The notes: generated from the sequence alone by a model not told the origin. Shown: positions 9,992 to 19,765, counted from the stretch's first letter. The stretch is 64,000 nt of DNA from an uncultured Candidatus Saccharibacteria bacterium (GCA_964612415.1 CAZTCT010000003.1:10477-74476); one strand, 5' to 3'. Numbers and translations are program-made.

Positions 9992-10422
9992 TAAAGGGGG
10001 ACCTTCTCTACTTCTTCCCCAGTAATTTATGGGGGGATATATTTGATACTACAAGCAAAGAGTTGCCTTTGCGGGCTGAAAGTCTGGAGGCAATCATAGC
10101 AAAGGAAGGAGATGATCTGGCTCATTTGTATACGCTTCTCAAAAAAGGAGGCATAATCTGCGTCAAAACATCCAGCGAGCGCAAAACGCTAAACTCCATA
10201 AAGCAGCAGGGATTCCTCCCTGAGAGCACTTATCTTCTATATCCGAGCGCTGACCTACCAAGATTTATTATTCCCAAAGGCGATGTCTGCGCACTTGGAT
10301 TTTCCATGGGAGCAATTAGCGTTGGTGCTCGGTTTGGAGGTATCTTTCGGTCTTTTGCCAAAAAGTCCTTTTTTGCACCTATGAAAGTTATGTGTGAGTA
10401 TGCGATTTTTGCAAAAAAATGA
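9976..10422 (+). CDS. hypothetical protein (148 aa), translationally coupled between methyltransferase and kinase-like genes
   Basis: Overlaps upstream gene by 16 nt and downstream gene by ATGA (10419-10422); LLKKGGIICVKT reminiscent of MTase fold but no clear motifs. Confidence 0.4.
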   Translation: MQEDLIKGDLLYFFPSNLWGDIFDTTSKELPLRAESLEAIIAKEGDDLAHLYTLLKKGGIICVKTSSERKTLNSIKQQGFLPESTYLLYPSADLPRFIIPKGDVCALGFSMGAISVGARFGGIFRSFAKKSFFAPMKVMCEYAIFAKK

Positions 10423-11237
10423 TTGAACAATTTAAAAAAGCCATACACGCACGCTCAGACCTTTTTCCTGGCATCGAGGAAGGAGAACTGGGCTTTACCA
10501 AATTTTGCCAGCGGATAGCAGGCCCAGATACCAAGGTCTTATTTTTTGTTACCCATAAAAAGAAGCCGCTATGCATCATAAAGATCATGAGAGAAAATTC
10601 TTTTAATTGGAGGCTAAAACAGGAAGCTGAAACTCAAAGAAGACTTTCAGAAAAAGAACTCAATTTTGTACCAGAGGTATATTTTGATGGAGAAATTGAT
10701 GGAAGGTATTTTTATGCAGAGCAGGTGATTATTGGAGATCCTTTAACCAAACATGATGCACAAAAAAGCGAAGACCTAATAATCAGGACAGTAGAATCTT
10801 TCCCAACCAGTGGAGCTATCCAGAGCTTGCATCTTTATAAAATTTTTAAGCAATGCAACATAGCCGACGAGAACTTCAAATTTTTGTTGGGCGTTTTTGG
10901 GGACAGAGAAATTACTTTTAAAAAGGGTATTACGCACGGTGATTTTGGTCTTCCAAATCTTATAAAAACAGAGCAAGGCGTATATGCTATTGATTGGGGT
11001 CGTGCAAACGAAAAGCCTCTTTGGCTCATTGACGCGGTCTATTTCTTGGTCCGAGTTAGGGGTATTAAAGACTTGAATGATTGGGAAAAGAGAGGTGTGC
11101 CAGCCCTTATTGAGCATTCGTCTATTGATAAAGTGACTGCAAAATCATTGTATTGTGCCTCAATTCTTTTTGAAATCCTTTATAAAAAATATCCCGCTGA
11201 ATACACTAACGTTGTAAAACAAATAAGTTTCTCATGA
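10419..11237 (+). CDS. phosphotransferase of the APH/choline-kinase (protein-kinase-like) fold
   Basis: Brenner-type motif GITHGDFGLPNLI followed by AIDWGRAN (HGDxxxxN...D); 272 aa. Confidence 0.6.
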   Translation: MIEQFKKAIHARSDLFPGIEEGELGFTKFCQRIAGPDTKVLFFVTHKKKPLCIIKIMRENSFNWRLKQEAETQRRLSEKELNFVPEVYFDGEIDGRYFYAEQVIIGDPLTKHDAQKSEDLIIRTVESFPTSGAIQSLHLYKIFKQCNIADENFKFLLGVFGDREITFKKGITHGDFGLPNLIKTEQGVYAIDWGRANEKPLWLIDAVYFLVRVRGIKDLNDWEKRGVPALIEHSSIDKVTAKSLYCASILFEILYKKYPAEYTNVVKQISFS

Positions 11238-12331
11238 AAATTCTCGTTCTGACAAGTGATCTCATAGATCGGCATGGGTGGGGGAGATATTCTCTTGATG
11301 TTATTGATGCGCTTGAGAAAGAAAATGTCGAGGTTGTCGTTGGGATGGGCAGGAAAGGTCTGAATGATACTGACAGAGAAGCTTTGCGTATCCTGCCAGC
11401 GTGGGGTAATAATTGGCGGAATTATTTTTGCGCATTTGTGTACGCACTGAGGTTGCGTCGGTATGCAAAGGACTGCGATTATATCCATGTCTTTGTTGAG
11501 CCGTATGCATATATAGCATATTGGCTGGCACTTCTTTCAAAGAAAAAATATATTATCACCACACACGGATCCTATGGACTCGTTCCTTTTCGTGGGGAAA
11601 TTATAAAATATTTTCATAAAACCGCTTTTTCTCGTGCGCACAAGATTGTTTGCGTGAGCAGTTATACAAAGGAACGCCTTACTGAATTTGGGTTTACTAA
11701 TTTGATAACGATTAACAACGGCATCAATGTGGGGGGAATGAACATTTCGAATAACCCAACATTTGATAAGAGGGAGAATTTGATACTGAGCGTTGGAGCC
11801 TTGAAATACAGAAAAGGACAGCATGTTTCAATCGAAGCGTTTTCTCGTATCGCAAAACTCGTTGCAGATGCCCGATATTATATTGTTGGTGACCAAGACG
11901 ATAAACCATATTACGCTAGATTAAAACAAATGGTGAAAGATTTGAACATTGAAGATAGGGTAGTCTTTCTCTCTGCAATTCCTAGCAGCGAACTTGCAGA
12001 TCTATATAAGAAAGCGAAAGTATTCGCCCTGCCTTCTATTAGCAGAGGCCCTTATTTTGAAGGATTTGGCCTTGTCTATTTAGAGGCAAATGCGTTCGGT
12101 CTTCCTGCTATAGGGAGTCGTGAGTCAGGAGCAAGAGATGCGATAAAAGATGGCGAGACCGGGTTTCTTGTCGCACAAAATGATGTTGATTCTCTTGCGC
12201 GGGCAATGAGTTCGCTGCTCCAAGATAATTTCCTTTGGAAAAAAATGAGTGAATGTGGTACCTTATGGGCCAAGGAACACGACTGGGAGCTTGTTATAAA
12301 AAAATATATCTCACTTTATCAAACACGATGA
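11234..12331 (+). CDS. glycosyltransferase family 4
   Basis: MKILVLTSDLIDRHGWGRYSLDV; FEGFGLVYLEANAFGLPAIGSRESGARDAIKDGETGFLV. Confidence 0.85.
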   Translation: MKILVLTSDLIDRHGWGRYSLDVIDALEKENVEVVVGMGRKGLNDTDREALRILPAWGNNWRNYFCAFVYALRLRRYAKDCDYIHVFVEPYAYIAYWLALLSKKKYIITTHGSYGLVPFRGEIIKYFHKTAFSRAHKIVCVSSYTKERLTEFGFTNLITINNGINVGGMNISNNPTFDKRENLILSVGALKYRKGQHVSIEAFSRIAKLVADARYYIVGDQDDKPYYARLKQMVKDLNIEDRVVFLSAIPSSELADLYKKAKVFALPSISRGPYFEGFGLVYLEANAFGLPAIGSRESGARDAIKDGETGFLVAQNDVDSLARAMSSLLQDNFLWKKMSECGTLWAKEHDWELVIKKYISLYQTR

Positions 12332-13662
12332 AAACTATTTTCATAAGCAGCTTTCATGCTTTAATCTCAAGAAACATTTTGCAAACCTCGATGCTTGCTG
12401 ATTTGGGGCAAAATGTGAAGGTTGTTATTTTGACCCACGAAAAGAAGACAGAATACTTTAAGCGTACTTTTGTTGGCAAGAATGTTTTCATTGAGGGGGT
12501 TGATATTCCCAAAAGGCCACTCGAAAATCTGATGCAGATGATATCATTTGGCCTTGTCGGCGTGGAGAATCACATTGTTCGAGGGTGGAAAACAGAAAGA
12601 AAATATTTTAAGTATTACTTCACCCATGCTCTTTATGCGCTGTGCTCCAGATTTTTTATATTTCATAAAGTGTTTCGTTCCCTGGCAAAGAGATATCTTC
12701 GAACCGACATCTTCGAGGGTCTTTTTCTGAAATATAATCCAGATTTAGTTTTTGCGACGGATAGTTTTGATAATGCAGATAGACTTCTTCTCCTTGAGGC
12801 GGAAAAGAAAGGGATTAAGACTTTAGGAATGATTCGCTCTTGGGACAACCCTACAACAAAAGGGGTATTCCTCCCAAACCCCAGTCATATTGTTGTGACT
12901 AACGATGTGGTCAAAGAGGAAATGATCGCAATCCATCATGTCCAAAAGGAAAAAGTGACCGTTGTGGGAGTCCCTCATTACGATAAGGTACTTCAGCCGA
13001 GGACTATTTCTAGGGGAGAACTTTTCAAAAAAGTGGGCCTTGATCCAAAAAAGAAAACAATATTTTTTTCTCCTGGAGGCAAGATGTTATACAAACATGA
13101 TGCAGAAGTAATGGCTCTTTTTAAAAAACAGCTTGATGAGAGAAGCTTTTCTGAGCCCATACAATTTTTAGTAAGCATACAACCTGGAGATACAATCAAC
13201 ACCGCAACCATTGAGGGTGATTCAAGATTTATATTGTATCAGTTTGGCACAGAAGTTACTGAACGAAGGAAAGAGAATGAAATGTCCCCAGATGAAAATA
13301 ATCGATTAAATGATCTCATTTTTTATTCTGATATTTTAGTGACACTGGTTTCAACAATGGCGATTGATGGTACTGTGTTTGGGAAGCCTGTTATCGTCCT
13401 GGGCTTTGACCCAAAGCCAGGTCTCCCTGACAAAATGTCTAAATTCGCAAAGTATAAACATTTCGAGAAATTCCTTGGAACTGGATTTGTGACTGTGGCA
13501 CATTCCAAGGAAGAGTTTGCGCAAGAGGTGAACGCATTTCTCAGTAACCCAGATCTTAGTAAAGAAAAACGCGAGGCGCTTATGAGTCGCTATATTTATA
13601 AGCTCGATGGGAATTCAACAAAAAGACTTACGGAATGTGTTTTGAGCGTGCTTGGTGATTAG
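12328..13662 (+). CDS. GT-B fold transferase, TagF/CDP-glycerol glycerophosphotransferase-like or capsule polymerase-like (family uncertain)
   Basis: ATGA overlap start at 12328 (MKTIFISSFHALISRNIL); no GT4 E-x7-E motif; C-terminal block LIFYSDILVTLVSTMAIDGTVFGKPVIVLGFDPK resembles TagF-family pattern. Confidence 0.4.
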   Translation: MKTIFISSFHALISRNILQTSMLADLGQNVKVVILTHEKKTEYFKRTFVGKNVFIEGVDIPKRPLENLMQMISFGLVGVENHIVRGWKTERKYFKYYFTHALYALCSRFFIFHKVFRSLAKRYLRTDIFEGLFLKYNPDLVFATDSFDNADRLLLLEAEKKGIKTLGMIRSWDNPTTKGVFLPNPSHIVVTNDVVKEEMIAIHHVQKEKVTVVGVPHYDKVLQPRTISRGELFKKVGLDPKKKTIFFSPGGKMLYKHDAEVMALFKKQLDERSFSEPIQFLVSIQPGDTINTATIEGDSRFILYQFGTEVTERRKENEMSPDENNRLNDLIFYSDILVTLVSTMAIDGTVFGKPVIVLGFDPKPGLPDKMSKFAKYKHFEKFLGTGFVTVAHSKEEFAQEVNAFLSNPDLSKEKREALMSRYIYKLDGNSTKRLTECVLSVLGD

Positions 13663-14441
13663 GGCAACTCAATGAGCTTAATATTCTTTGTGGGCTTTTT
13701 TAAGTGATTGGCAATAAGCCCTTCTTTGAGCTTTTGGTCGTAATCCGTGAGGGTTTGGCTGGTGATATCTTTTGTTCGGTAATACTTTGACCCTGGCTCA
13801 TCCCATTGCTTTGTGCGAGGAAGATGTTCATTTTGCTTTAGTTTTTCTAGGCAGTGAACAAGCGCAGTAGCTCCTTTCGCAATCGTCTTACAACCAATGG
13901 TATGAACGGTATCCTCGGCTTCTATTTCTGGGCGAACATGACAAATAATGTCTCCCGTGTCGACTCCAGCGTCAATGTGCAAAAGGGTCGCGCCAACATA
14001 CTCAAGCTCTTCATTTACGAACGGCCAAAAATTTGTTCCACTTCCTCGGTAGTACGGCGAAAGGCCTAAATGTAAATTTATGAATTTCCCACTAGGGATC
14101 AGAGAGAGCAGCGGATCTTTTATGATACTTGAGCCAAATACAAATCCTGCGTCAGGGTGGAAATCTTTCACGGCCGTATAGACCATAGGGAGATTTACTT
14201 CTGAGTAGAGTAAGGGAAGCGTCTTTGCCCAAAAGACGTCATTCCCAGGGAAGAACGATTGCTCTGTTTGAAAGCGCTCAACAAAAACCTCTTCTTGCTT
14301 AGTCAGGCTGCCCGGTGCCTCCGATGGGGCGTCACTTTTTTTGCCCTCAACAATTACCAGCGCCTCATCTGTATTTTTTGTGAGAGCGTTTGCGATAAAT
14401 TTGTGGCGGATCGCATTACTTGTGAAGATAACGATTTTCAT
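13659..14441 (-). CDS. sugar N-formyltransferase (formyl_trans_N family)
   Basis: FINLHLGLSPYYRGSGTNFWPF (HxSLLPxxRG-type) and LLHIDAGVDTGDII; 260 aa, size of WlaRD/VioF-type sugar formyltransferases. Confidence 0.7.
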   Translation of the reverse strand: MKIVIFTSNAIRHKFIANALTKNTDEALVIVEGKKSDAPSEAPGSLTKQEEVFVERFQTEQSFFPGNDVFWAKTLPLLYSEVNLPMVYTAVKDFHPDAGFVFGSSIIKDPLLSLIPSGKFINLHLGLSPYYRGSGTNFWPFVNEELEYVGATLLHIDAGVDTGDIICHVRPEIEAEDTVHTIGCKTIAKGATALVHCLEKLKQNEHLPRTKQWDEPGSKYYRTKDITSQTLTDYDQKLKEGLIANHLKKPTKNIKLIELP

Positions 14442-15418
14442 TGTGCCTCTAGTTTAGCAAGATTTTGTTTTAGTGTCGGCGCGTCATCCCAAGGCATTGG
14501 TTCATATCGTCCAATTTCAAATGGGCTGTTGTTAGGGGTATTCACAATCGGGTCTACTGTAAAGGCAAGACGATATTGGGTGCTCTCTTGTAAAAAGGTG
14601 GGAGTGAAACGATCCTGTGCTCCTCCGAAAGGGTAGCTGAATGCGTCAACTGTCGTGGCAAAAGTTTCTTCAAGGTATTTTTTAGGAGCGATGACCTCTT
14701 TCACAAAATCTTCCTCACTTAAATTGGCTGTTGCAACCGAGACATGGGTGTGGCTATGCGTGCCAATAGAGTGTCCCATTCCAACTATTTCAGACACCTG
14801 CTCTTTGGTCAGATGTATTTCATTGAGGATGTTCGGGAACTCGCTTAATAAAAGTTCTTCATAAATTCGAATGAGTACTTTTCGAGCTATTTTATGGGGG
14901 AGTTCATATTTGAATAACTTTTTGATCCGAGCAATAACTTCAGCTGGGTTGTCTCCACTTTGAAAAGTCATATCTTGGGGGGTCTCAAATCCCACTTCCT
15001 TTGAGATGAGGCGAAGCGTTTCAAGAAATTTTCCTATACCATGATGGGCAATACTATAATGAATGATCTGAGGGTTTGCTGGTAATTTGTCTTCAAAAAT
15101 ACAAGTAGGAATGAAAAATACTCCCTTAACCCCAGCTTCAGCAAGAATGCGTGCCGCATTATAGTGACCTGCTAAGCCATCATCGAATGTTAAGAGTACT
15201 CCTGTTTTTTTAGACTCAATTTTAGTATCTCCAGAATAAATTTCACGGATTTCATCAAGAGAGAGGGGATGGTATGTGTTCTTGAACAAAAAAGTATGTG
15301 CCCGGAGTTGGTCTTCGGTGTTCCCGTAGATTCTCGGGAAGCGCCCGATTGAAGAGGTGTTTTTAATGTAGTGGTAGCACAAGGCCAAAAAGCTCATGGA
15401 GAAGATGATAACACGCAA
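14438..15418 (-). CDS. polysaccharide deacetylase (CE4/NodB family), N-terminal membrane anchor
   Basis: NodB motif LLTFDDGLAGHY; hydrophobic N-term MRVIIFSMSFLALCY; 4-nt overlap with the formyltransferase gene. Confidence 0.8.
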   Translation of the reverse strand: MRVIIFSMSFLALCYHYIKNTSSIGRFPRIYGNTEDQLRAHTFLFKNTYHPLSLDEIREIYSGDTKIESKKTGVLLTFDDGLAGHYNAARILAEAGVKGVFFIPTCIFEDKLPANPQIIHYSIAHHGIGKFLETLRLISKEVGFETPQDMTFQSGDNPAEVIARIKKLFKYELPHKIARKVLIRIYEELLLSEFPNILNEIHLTKEQVSEIVGMGHSIGTHSHTHVSVATANLSEEDFVKEVIAPKKYLEETFATTVDAFSYPFGGAQDRFTPTFLQESTQYRLAFTVDPIVNTPNNSPFEIGRYEPMPWDDAPTLKQNLAKLEAQ

Positions 15419-15466
15419 AAAGACCTTTACTAAATTGGGATTTCCTGCATAATTACGATACTTTTT

Positions 15467-16195
15467 ATGCCTGTTTTATATGAGAATACCCTAGCCATTA
15501 TCCCTGCGAGGGGTGGAAGCAAAGGCATACCCCGAAAGAATATCAAGGAGCTTTCAGGGAAGCCCCTCATCGCGTGGTCTATTGAGGCGGCGCTTGAGGC
15601 AGATGCAACCAAGCGGGTTGTTGTTGCCACAGACGATTCTGAGATTGCCCAAATCGCAAAAAAATACGGAGCTGAGGTGCCATTCTTACTCCCAAGTGAG
15701 CTAACACAAGATGACTCTTCTATTCTTGATGTAATAAAGTATGTCCTAGAATGGTTTAAAAAAGAGATGGGAGAAGACTATAGCCAGGTCTTGTTTCTTG
15801 AGCCAACAAGCCCACTTCGCACACCACAACATATCAAGGAGTCGATTGATTTGTTTAATAACAAAGATGCAGATTCTGTGGTAAGTGTTATGCGCGTGCC
15901 AGGACATTTTAGCCCACACTGGCAGTTTGTGCTTGATAACGACAGCGCTTTGAGTATTTTCACAAATGAGAATATTAGAAACATCATTCCTAGACGGCAG
16001 CAATTACCAGCTACTTATACCCGAGATGGAGCAATTTATCTTTTCAAATCCAATTTACTTTTTAACGAAACGCCAGGTATTTATGGGGAGCGGGTGTTTG
16101 CGTATGTGATTGACCCCAAATATACGGTCGATATAGACGAACCTAGCGATTGGGATATTGCCGAAAAAAAGATGGAGAAACGAAACAAAGGATAA
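15467..16195 (+). CDS. neuA: CMP-nonulosonic acid synthetase (acylneuraminate cytidylyltransferase family, NeuA/LegF/PseF-like)
   Basis: LAIIPARGGSKGIPRKNIKELSGKPLIAWSIEAAL...VVVATDDSEIAQIAKKYGAEV (CTP_transf_3 signature). Confidence 0.8.
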   Translation: MPVLYENTLAIIPARGGSKGIPRKNIKELSGKPLIAWSIEAALEADATKRVVVATDDSEIAQIAKKYGAEVPFLLPSELTQDDSSILDVIKYVLEWFKKEMGEDYSQVLFLEPTSPLRTPQHIKESIDLFNNKDADSVVSVMRVPGHFSPHWQFVLDNDSALSIFTNENIRNIIPRRQQLPATYTRDGAIYLFKSNLLFNETPGIYGERVFAYVIDPKYTVDIDEPSDWDIAEKKMEKRNKG

Positions 16196-16200
16196 GCTAT

Positions 16201-17250
16201 ATGAATCCAAGTATACAAATTGGAAAAAGGAAGATAGGTGCTGATCACAAGCCTTTTGTGATTGCTGAAATTGGGATTAATCACGAAGGGAGTATTGAAA
16301 AAGCAAAAAGGATGATCAGGGATGCGGCGAAAAATGGTGCTGAGTGCGTAAAGTTTCAATCGCACGTCATTGAGGATGAAATGAGCAATGCTGCAAAAAG
16401 AGTTGTGCCTGGCAATGCGAAAGAGTCGATATGGGACATTATGGAGCGATGTGCTTTTTCTGAGAAACAAGAGCGTGAGCTCAAGACCTATGCCGAGAAA
16501 CTAGGATTGATGTATCTTTCCACTCCATTTTCTCGTGCGGCGGCTGATCGGCTACATAGAATGAACGTGAGTGCTTTCAAAATAGGATCAGGTGAATGTA
16601 ACAACTATCCTCTCATTGAGCATATTGCAAAATGGAAGAAGCCAATGATTGTCAGTACCGGAATGAATGATATTGCTTCAATCAAAAAAACAGTTGCGAT
16701 ACTCGAAAAATACAAAGTTCCATACGCACTTCTGCATGTGACTTCAATGTACCCAACTCCTTACGATAAGGTACGCCTCGGCGCGCTTGAGGAATTGCGC
16801 AGGGAGTTTCCACGCGCTGTTCTTGGTCTTAGCGATCATTCAATCGGGAATTATACGTGCTATGGAGCTGTTGCTCTAGGGGCTTCTATACTGGAAAAAC
16901 ATTTTGTGTCCAATCGACGCTGGAAAGGGCCAGATGTACCGATATCAATTCTCCCCGAAGAATTGTCTGAGTTGATTAAAGGAGTCAATGCAATTTACGC
17001 AGCAAGAGGAGGGCAGAAGGAGATTCTAAAAGAAGAAGCGCCAACAATTGCTTTTGCATATGCGACGGTGGTAACAATAAGGGAAATTCCCGCTGGGGCT
17101 ATTATTACAAAAGAAGACGTTTGGGTTAAAAGACCAGGGACTGGAGAAATCCCAGCAGAACATCTGCCTCAAATTATCGGGAAAAGAGCAAAACGTCCAT
17201 TGGCCCAAGATGAGCAGTTATCCTGGAAAGACATAGAGGAAAATAAATAA
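16201..17250 (+). CDS. neuB: N-acetylneuraminate (nonulosonate) synthase with C-terminal SAF domain (NeuB/LegI/PseI family)
   Basis: Start ATG 16201 preceded by AAGGA; IGADHKPFVIAEIGINHEGSIEKAKRMIRDAAKNGAECVKFQSH; C-term SAF domain. Confidence 0.85.
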   Translation: MNPSIQIGKRKIGADHKPFVIAEIGINHEGSIEKAKRMIRDAAKNGAECVKFQSHVIEDEMSNAAKRVVPGNAKESIWDIMERCAFSEKQERELKTYAEKLGLMYLSTPFSRAAADRLHRMNVSAFKIGSGECNNYPLIEHIAKWKKPMIVSTGMNDIASIKKTVAILEKYKVPYALLHVTSMYPTPYDKVRLGALEELRREFPRAVLGLSDHSIGNYTCYGAVALGASILEKHFVSNRRWKGPDVPISILPEELSELIKGVNAIYAARGGQKEILKEEAPTIAFAYATVVTIREIPAGAIITKEDVWVKRPGTGEIPAEHLPQIIGKRAKRPLAQDEQLSWKDIEENK

Positions 17251-17252
17251 AT

Positions 17253-18428
17253 ATGAAGAAGAGAAAAATTTGTGTCATTACGAATACTCGCGCGGATTAC
17301 TCTCGTTTAAGAACGCTTCTTTTCGCGCTGCGGGACCGGAAGGATGTTGATCTTTTTTTGTGCGTGGCAGGGGCGCATCTCCTTTCTGTTGGCGGGTATA
17401 CCATTGAGGAAATTAAGCGGGATGGTTTCAATATAGACTATCGTATTTACACGGAAGTAGATGGGCATGTACTTTCAACAATGACCAAATCAACAGGACT
17501 TGCGATCATTGAGTTCTCCAGTTTTTTTGAAAATCATCGTCCTGACATTGTTGTTGTGCATGGGGATCGCTTTGAAGCGTTTGCTGCTGCTACCGCCGCC
17601 TCAATGATGAATATTTATGTTGCGCATCTACAAGGAGGCGAGATAACGGGGACGATAGATGAACATTTGCGACATGCCATAACAAAGCTTGCACATTTTC
17701 ATTTTGCATCAAACGAACAAGCCAAAGAGCGTATCATTGAATTGGGCGAAAACCCAGAGTATGTTTTCAATGTAGGATGTCCATCTGTTGATGTTCTCCT
17801 TTCTGCGCCCAAATATCCTTTTAGTAAGTTAAAGAAAGGGCTTGCTGACAAGATCAAAAAAGAGGGATGGCTTGATGGTTTTGATGGAGAATTTTTACTC
17901 TTGGTTCAGCACCCTGTCACGACAGAATTCAGCAAAGCTGCTGAGGAAATGGTAGAGACGCTACATGCACTTAGGAAATATCCTCGACATATTCTAGCTC
18001 TCTGGCCTAACATAGATGCTGGGGCTGAGCTTATGGTGCAAGAGATTAAAAAATTTGAGCGAGAAGTTGATGGGAAATTTGCAGTAGTAAACAGCATGCC
18101 CATGGAAGTTTTTGTGAATGTCATGCGGCACACAACTGTCATGGTAGGGAATTCTTCTGCAGGGGTTCGAGAAGCTTGCTATTTCGGGACTCCTGTAGTT
18201 AACGTGGGCACACGACAAGAGGGACGCGTAAAAACACCCAATGTTATAAATGTTCCCGATGAGCGCAAGGCAATTGAGAAAGCTATTAAAATGCAGCTAA
18301 AGAGTGGACGGTTTAAGCCCGTGTACCCCTATGGAGAGGGTGGTGCAGGAGAGAAGATCGCTGACATCCTTGCTACAATCCCACTGGGTAACTCTCAGAA
18401 AAGACTTATTTCTAAAGTCCAAAATTAA
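17253..18428 (+). CDS. neuC: UDP-N-acetylglucosamine 2-epimerase (hydrolysing), NeuC/LegG family
   Basis: KICVITNTRADYSRLRTLLFAL...DIVVVHGDRFEAFAAATAASMMNIYVAHLQGGEITGTIDEHLRHAITKLAHFHF. Confidence 0.85.
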   Translation: MKKRKICVITNTRADYSRLRTLLFALRDRKDVDLFLCVAGAHLLSVGGYTIEEIKRDGFNIDYRIYTEVDGHVLSTMTKSTGLAIIEFSSFFENHRPDIVVVHGDRFEAFAAATAASMMNIYVAHLQGGEITGTIDEHLRHAITKLAHFHFASNEQAKERIIELGENPEYVFNVGCPSVDVLLSAPKYPFSKLKKGLADKIKKEGWLDGFDGEFLLLVQHPVTTEFSKAAEEMVETLHALRKYPRHILALWPNIDAGAELMVQEIKKFEREVDGKFAVVNSMPMEVFVNVMRHTTVMVGNSSAGVREACYFGTPVVNVGTRQEGRVKTPNVINVPDERKAIEKAIKMQLKSGRFKPVYPYGEGGAGEKIADILATIPLGNSQKRLISKVQN

Positions 18429-19681
18429 TATTTTGCGCGAACAAAGAGTGTGGCAAGCAGTATCAGGCTAAACAGTTGTGTGGTAAGTTCAGAAAAGATT
18501 GCCCCTAAAATCCCAAAAGTAGGCACAAGAATTACCAAAAGGATTAATTTTATGATCGGAATCGCAATTGAGTTTATATAAAGTGCTTTAATATAGCCGT
18601 GTGCGTTGAGGATGGTTCCAAGTATTTTCTTTGGGAATAGAAGCAATGTGAGTACATATAATTGAGAATAGAATATTGCTTCAATATATTGCGGGAAAAA
18701 TATTTTATAGATATAAGGTGCAGCGACAATATACACTAGGACAATTACAGCAAGACCAGCAAACATTACGAGCATTCTATGAAGAAGCGTTTTTTTGATA
18801 CTCGCTATGTCCCTTTGGGCGAACTTTGGTAAAGATAATGGGACTATACGTTTGAGCGCGGTGCTCATGTTAAGGGGGATTGCCTTTGCGAATGAATAAA
18901 CCGCCAAAGCTGCTGGACCCAAGAATTGCCAAAGCAACATACTCTCTGCTGTTTCTGCAATCGTGCCTAAAACCTCCATGGCGCTTAGATGTTTCCCATA
19001 TCCAATTGCCGATCCATCAACCTTTTTATTTGTTGTGTGTCGGTGTATCGCTAAACGCAAAGCAATAAATCTTGTGATTGTATATGCAAGGAAGTAAGAA
19101 AGCAGTATCAGCAAGAGATTTTTTGTATAAAAAAGTGTTGCGATAATTACGGCAATGGAAATGGCTTGTACTGTTATCTCGTAAGCAGCAGAGAGCCTAA
19201 AGAATTTTTTCCCATTCAAAATCGTTGTAAAGATTCCAAGAGTATCAACAAAAGGAAGGAAAATTGCTGAGATAAGAAATGCTTCTGCGAGCCTTTCGTT
19301 GCCCTGTATAAAGTAGTACAACGCAACTGCAAGTGCCCCCAAGCTCCCAAGCATACCCCAACGTATTTTTGTTTTGAAGGCAGCTGACGCTGTTCCATCG
19401 AACCCTTGAGCGATTGCTTTAACAACAGATGTCCCCATACCAGGAAGGGTTGCCAGCGCCAATAGTCCAAATATTGAGAATATATATTTATATTCACCAA
19501 AGGTTGCTTGTGGGAGGAGGTTTGCGAATGCAAGAGAAAGACCAAAGGCCAAAATCGCCCCAGCAAAGACCTTTACAGAAAGCCAGAAACCCCCAGAAGC
19601 AAGGTACACCATATCTGTTTTGGTGTATTTCTCGGTCTTCCTTAAAAAGTGGTACCCTGTGTTTTTTAGACGCTCGATCAT
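18425..19681 (-). CDS. polysaccharide flippase (Wzx/oligosaccharide flippase family, multi-TM)
   Basis: 418 aa, ~12 predicted TM segments, N-term ...LASGGFWLSVKVFAGAIL typical of the Polysacc_synt family; convergent with neuC (4-nt overlap). Confidence 0.7.
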   Translation of the reverse strand: MIERLKNTGYHFLRKTEKYTKTDMVYLASGGFWLSVKVFAGAILAFGLSLAFANLLPQATFGEYKYIFSIFGLLALATLPGMGTSVVKAIAQGFDGTASAAFKTKIRWGMLGSLGALAVALYYFIQGNERLAEAFLISAIFLPFVDTLGIFTTILNGKKFFRLSAAYEITVQAISIAVIIATLFYTKNLLLILLSYFLAYTITRFIALRLAIHRHTTNKKVDGSAIGYGKHLSAMEVLGTIAETAESMLLWQFLGPAALAVYSFAKAIPLNMSTALKRIVPLSLPKFAQRDIASIKKTLLHRMLVMFAGLAVIVLVYIVAAPYIYKIFFPQYIEAIFYSQLYVLTLLLFPKKILGTILNAHGYIKALYINSIAIPIIKLILLVILVPTFGILGAIFSELTTQLFSLILLATLFVRAKY

Positions 19682-19765
19682 TGTTTTATTCTACTCTGGG
19701 AGGGGGCTATCTGACCAATGGGGCTTGTCTCGTATTAAGGAGAAGTATAGTATACATCTCATACG

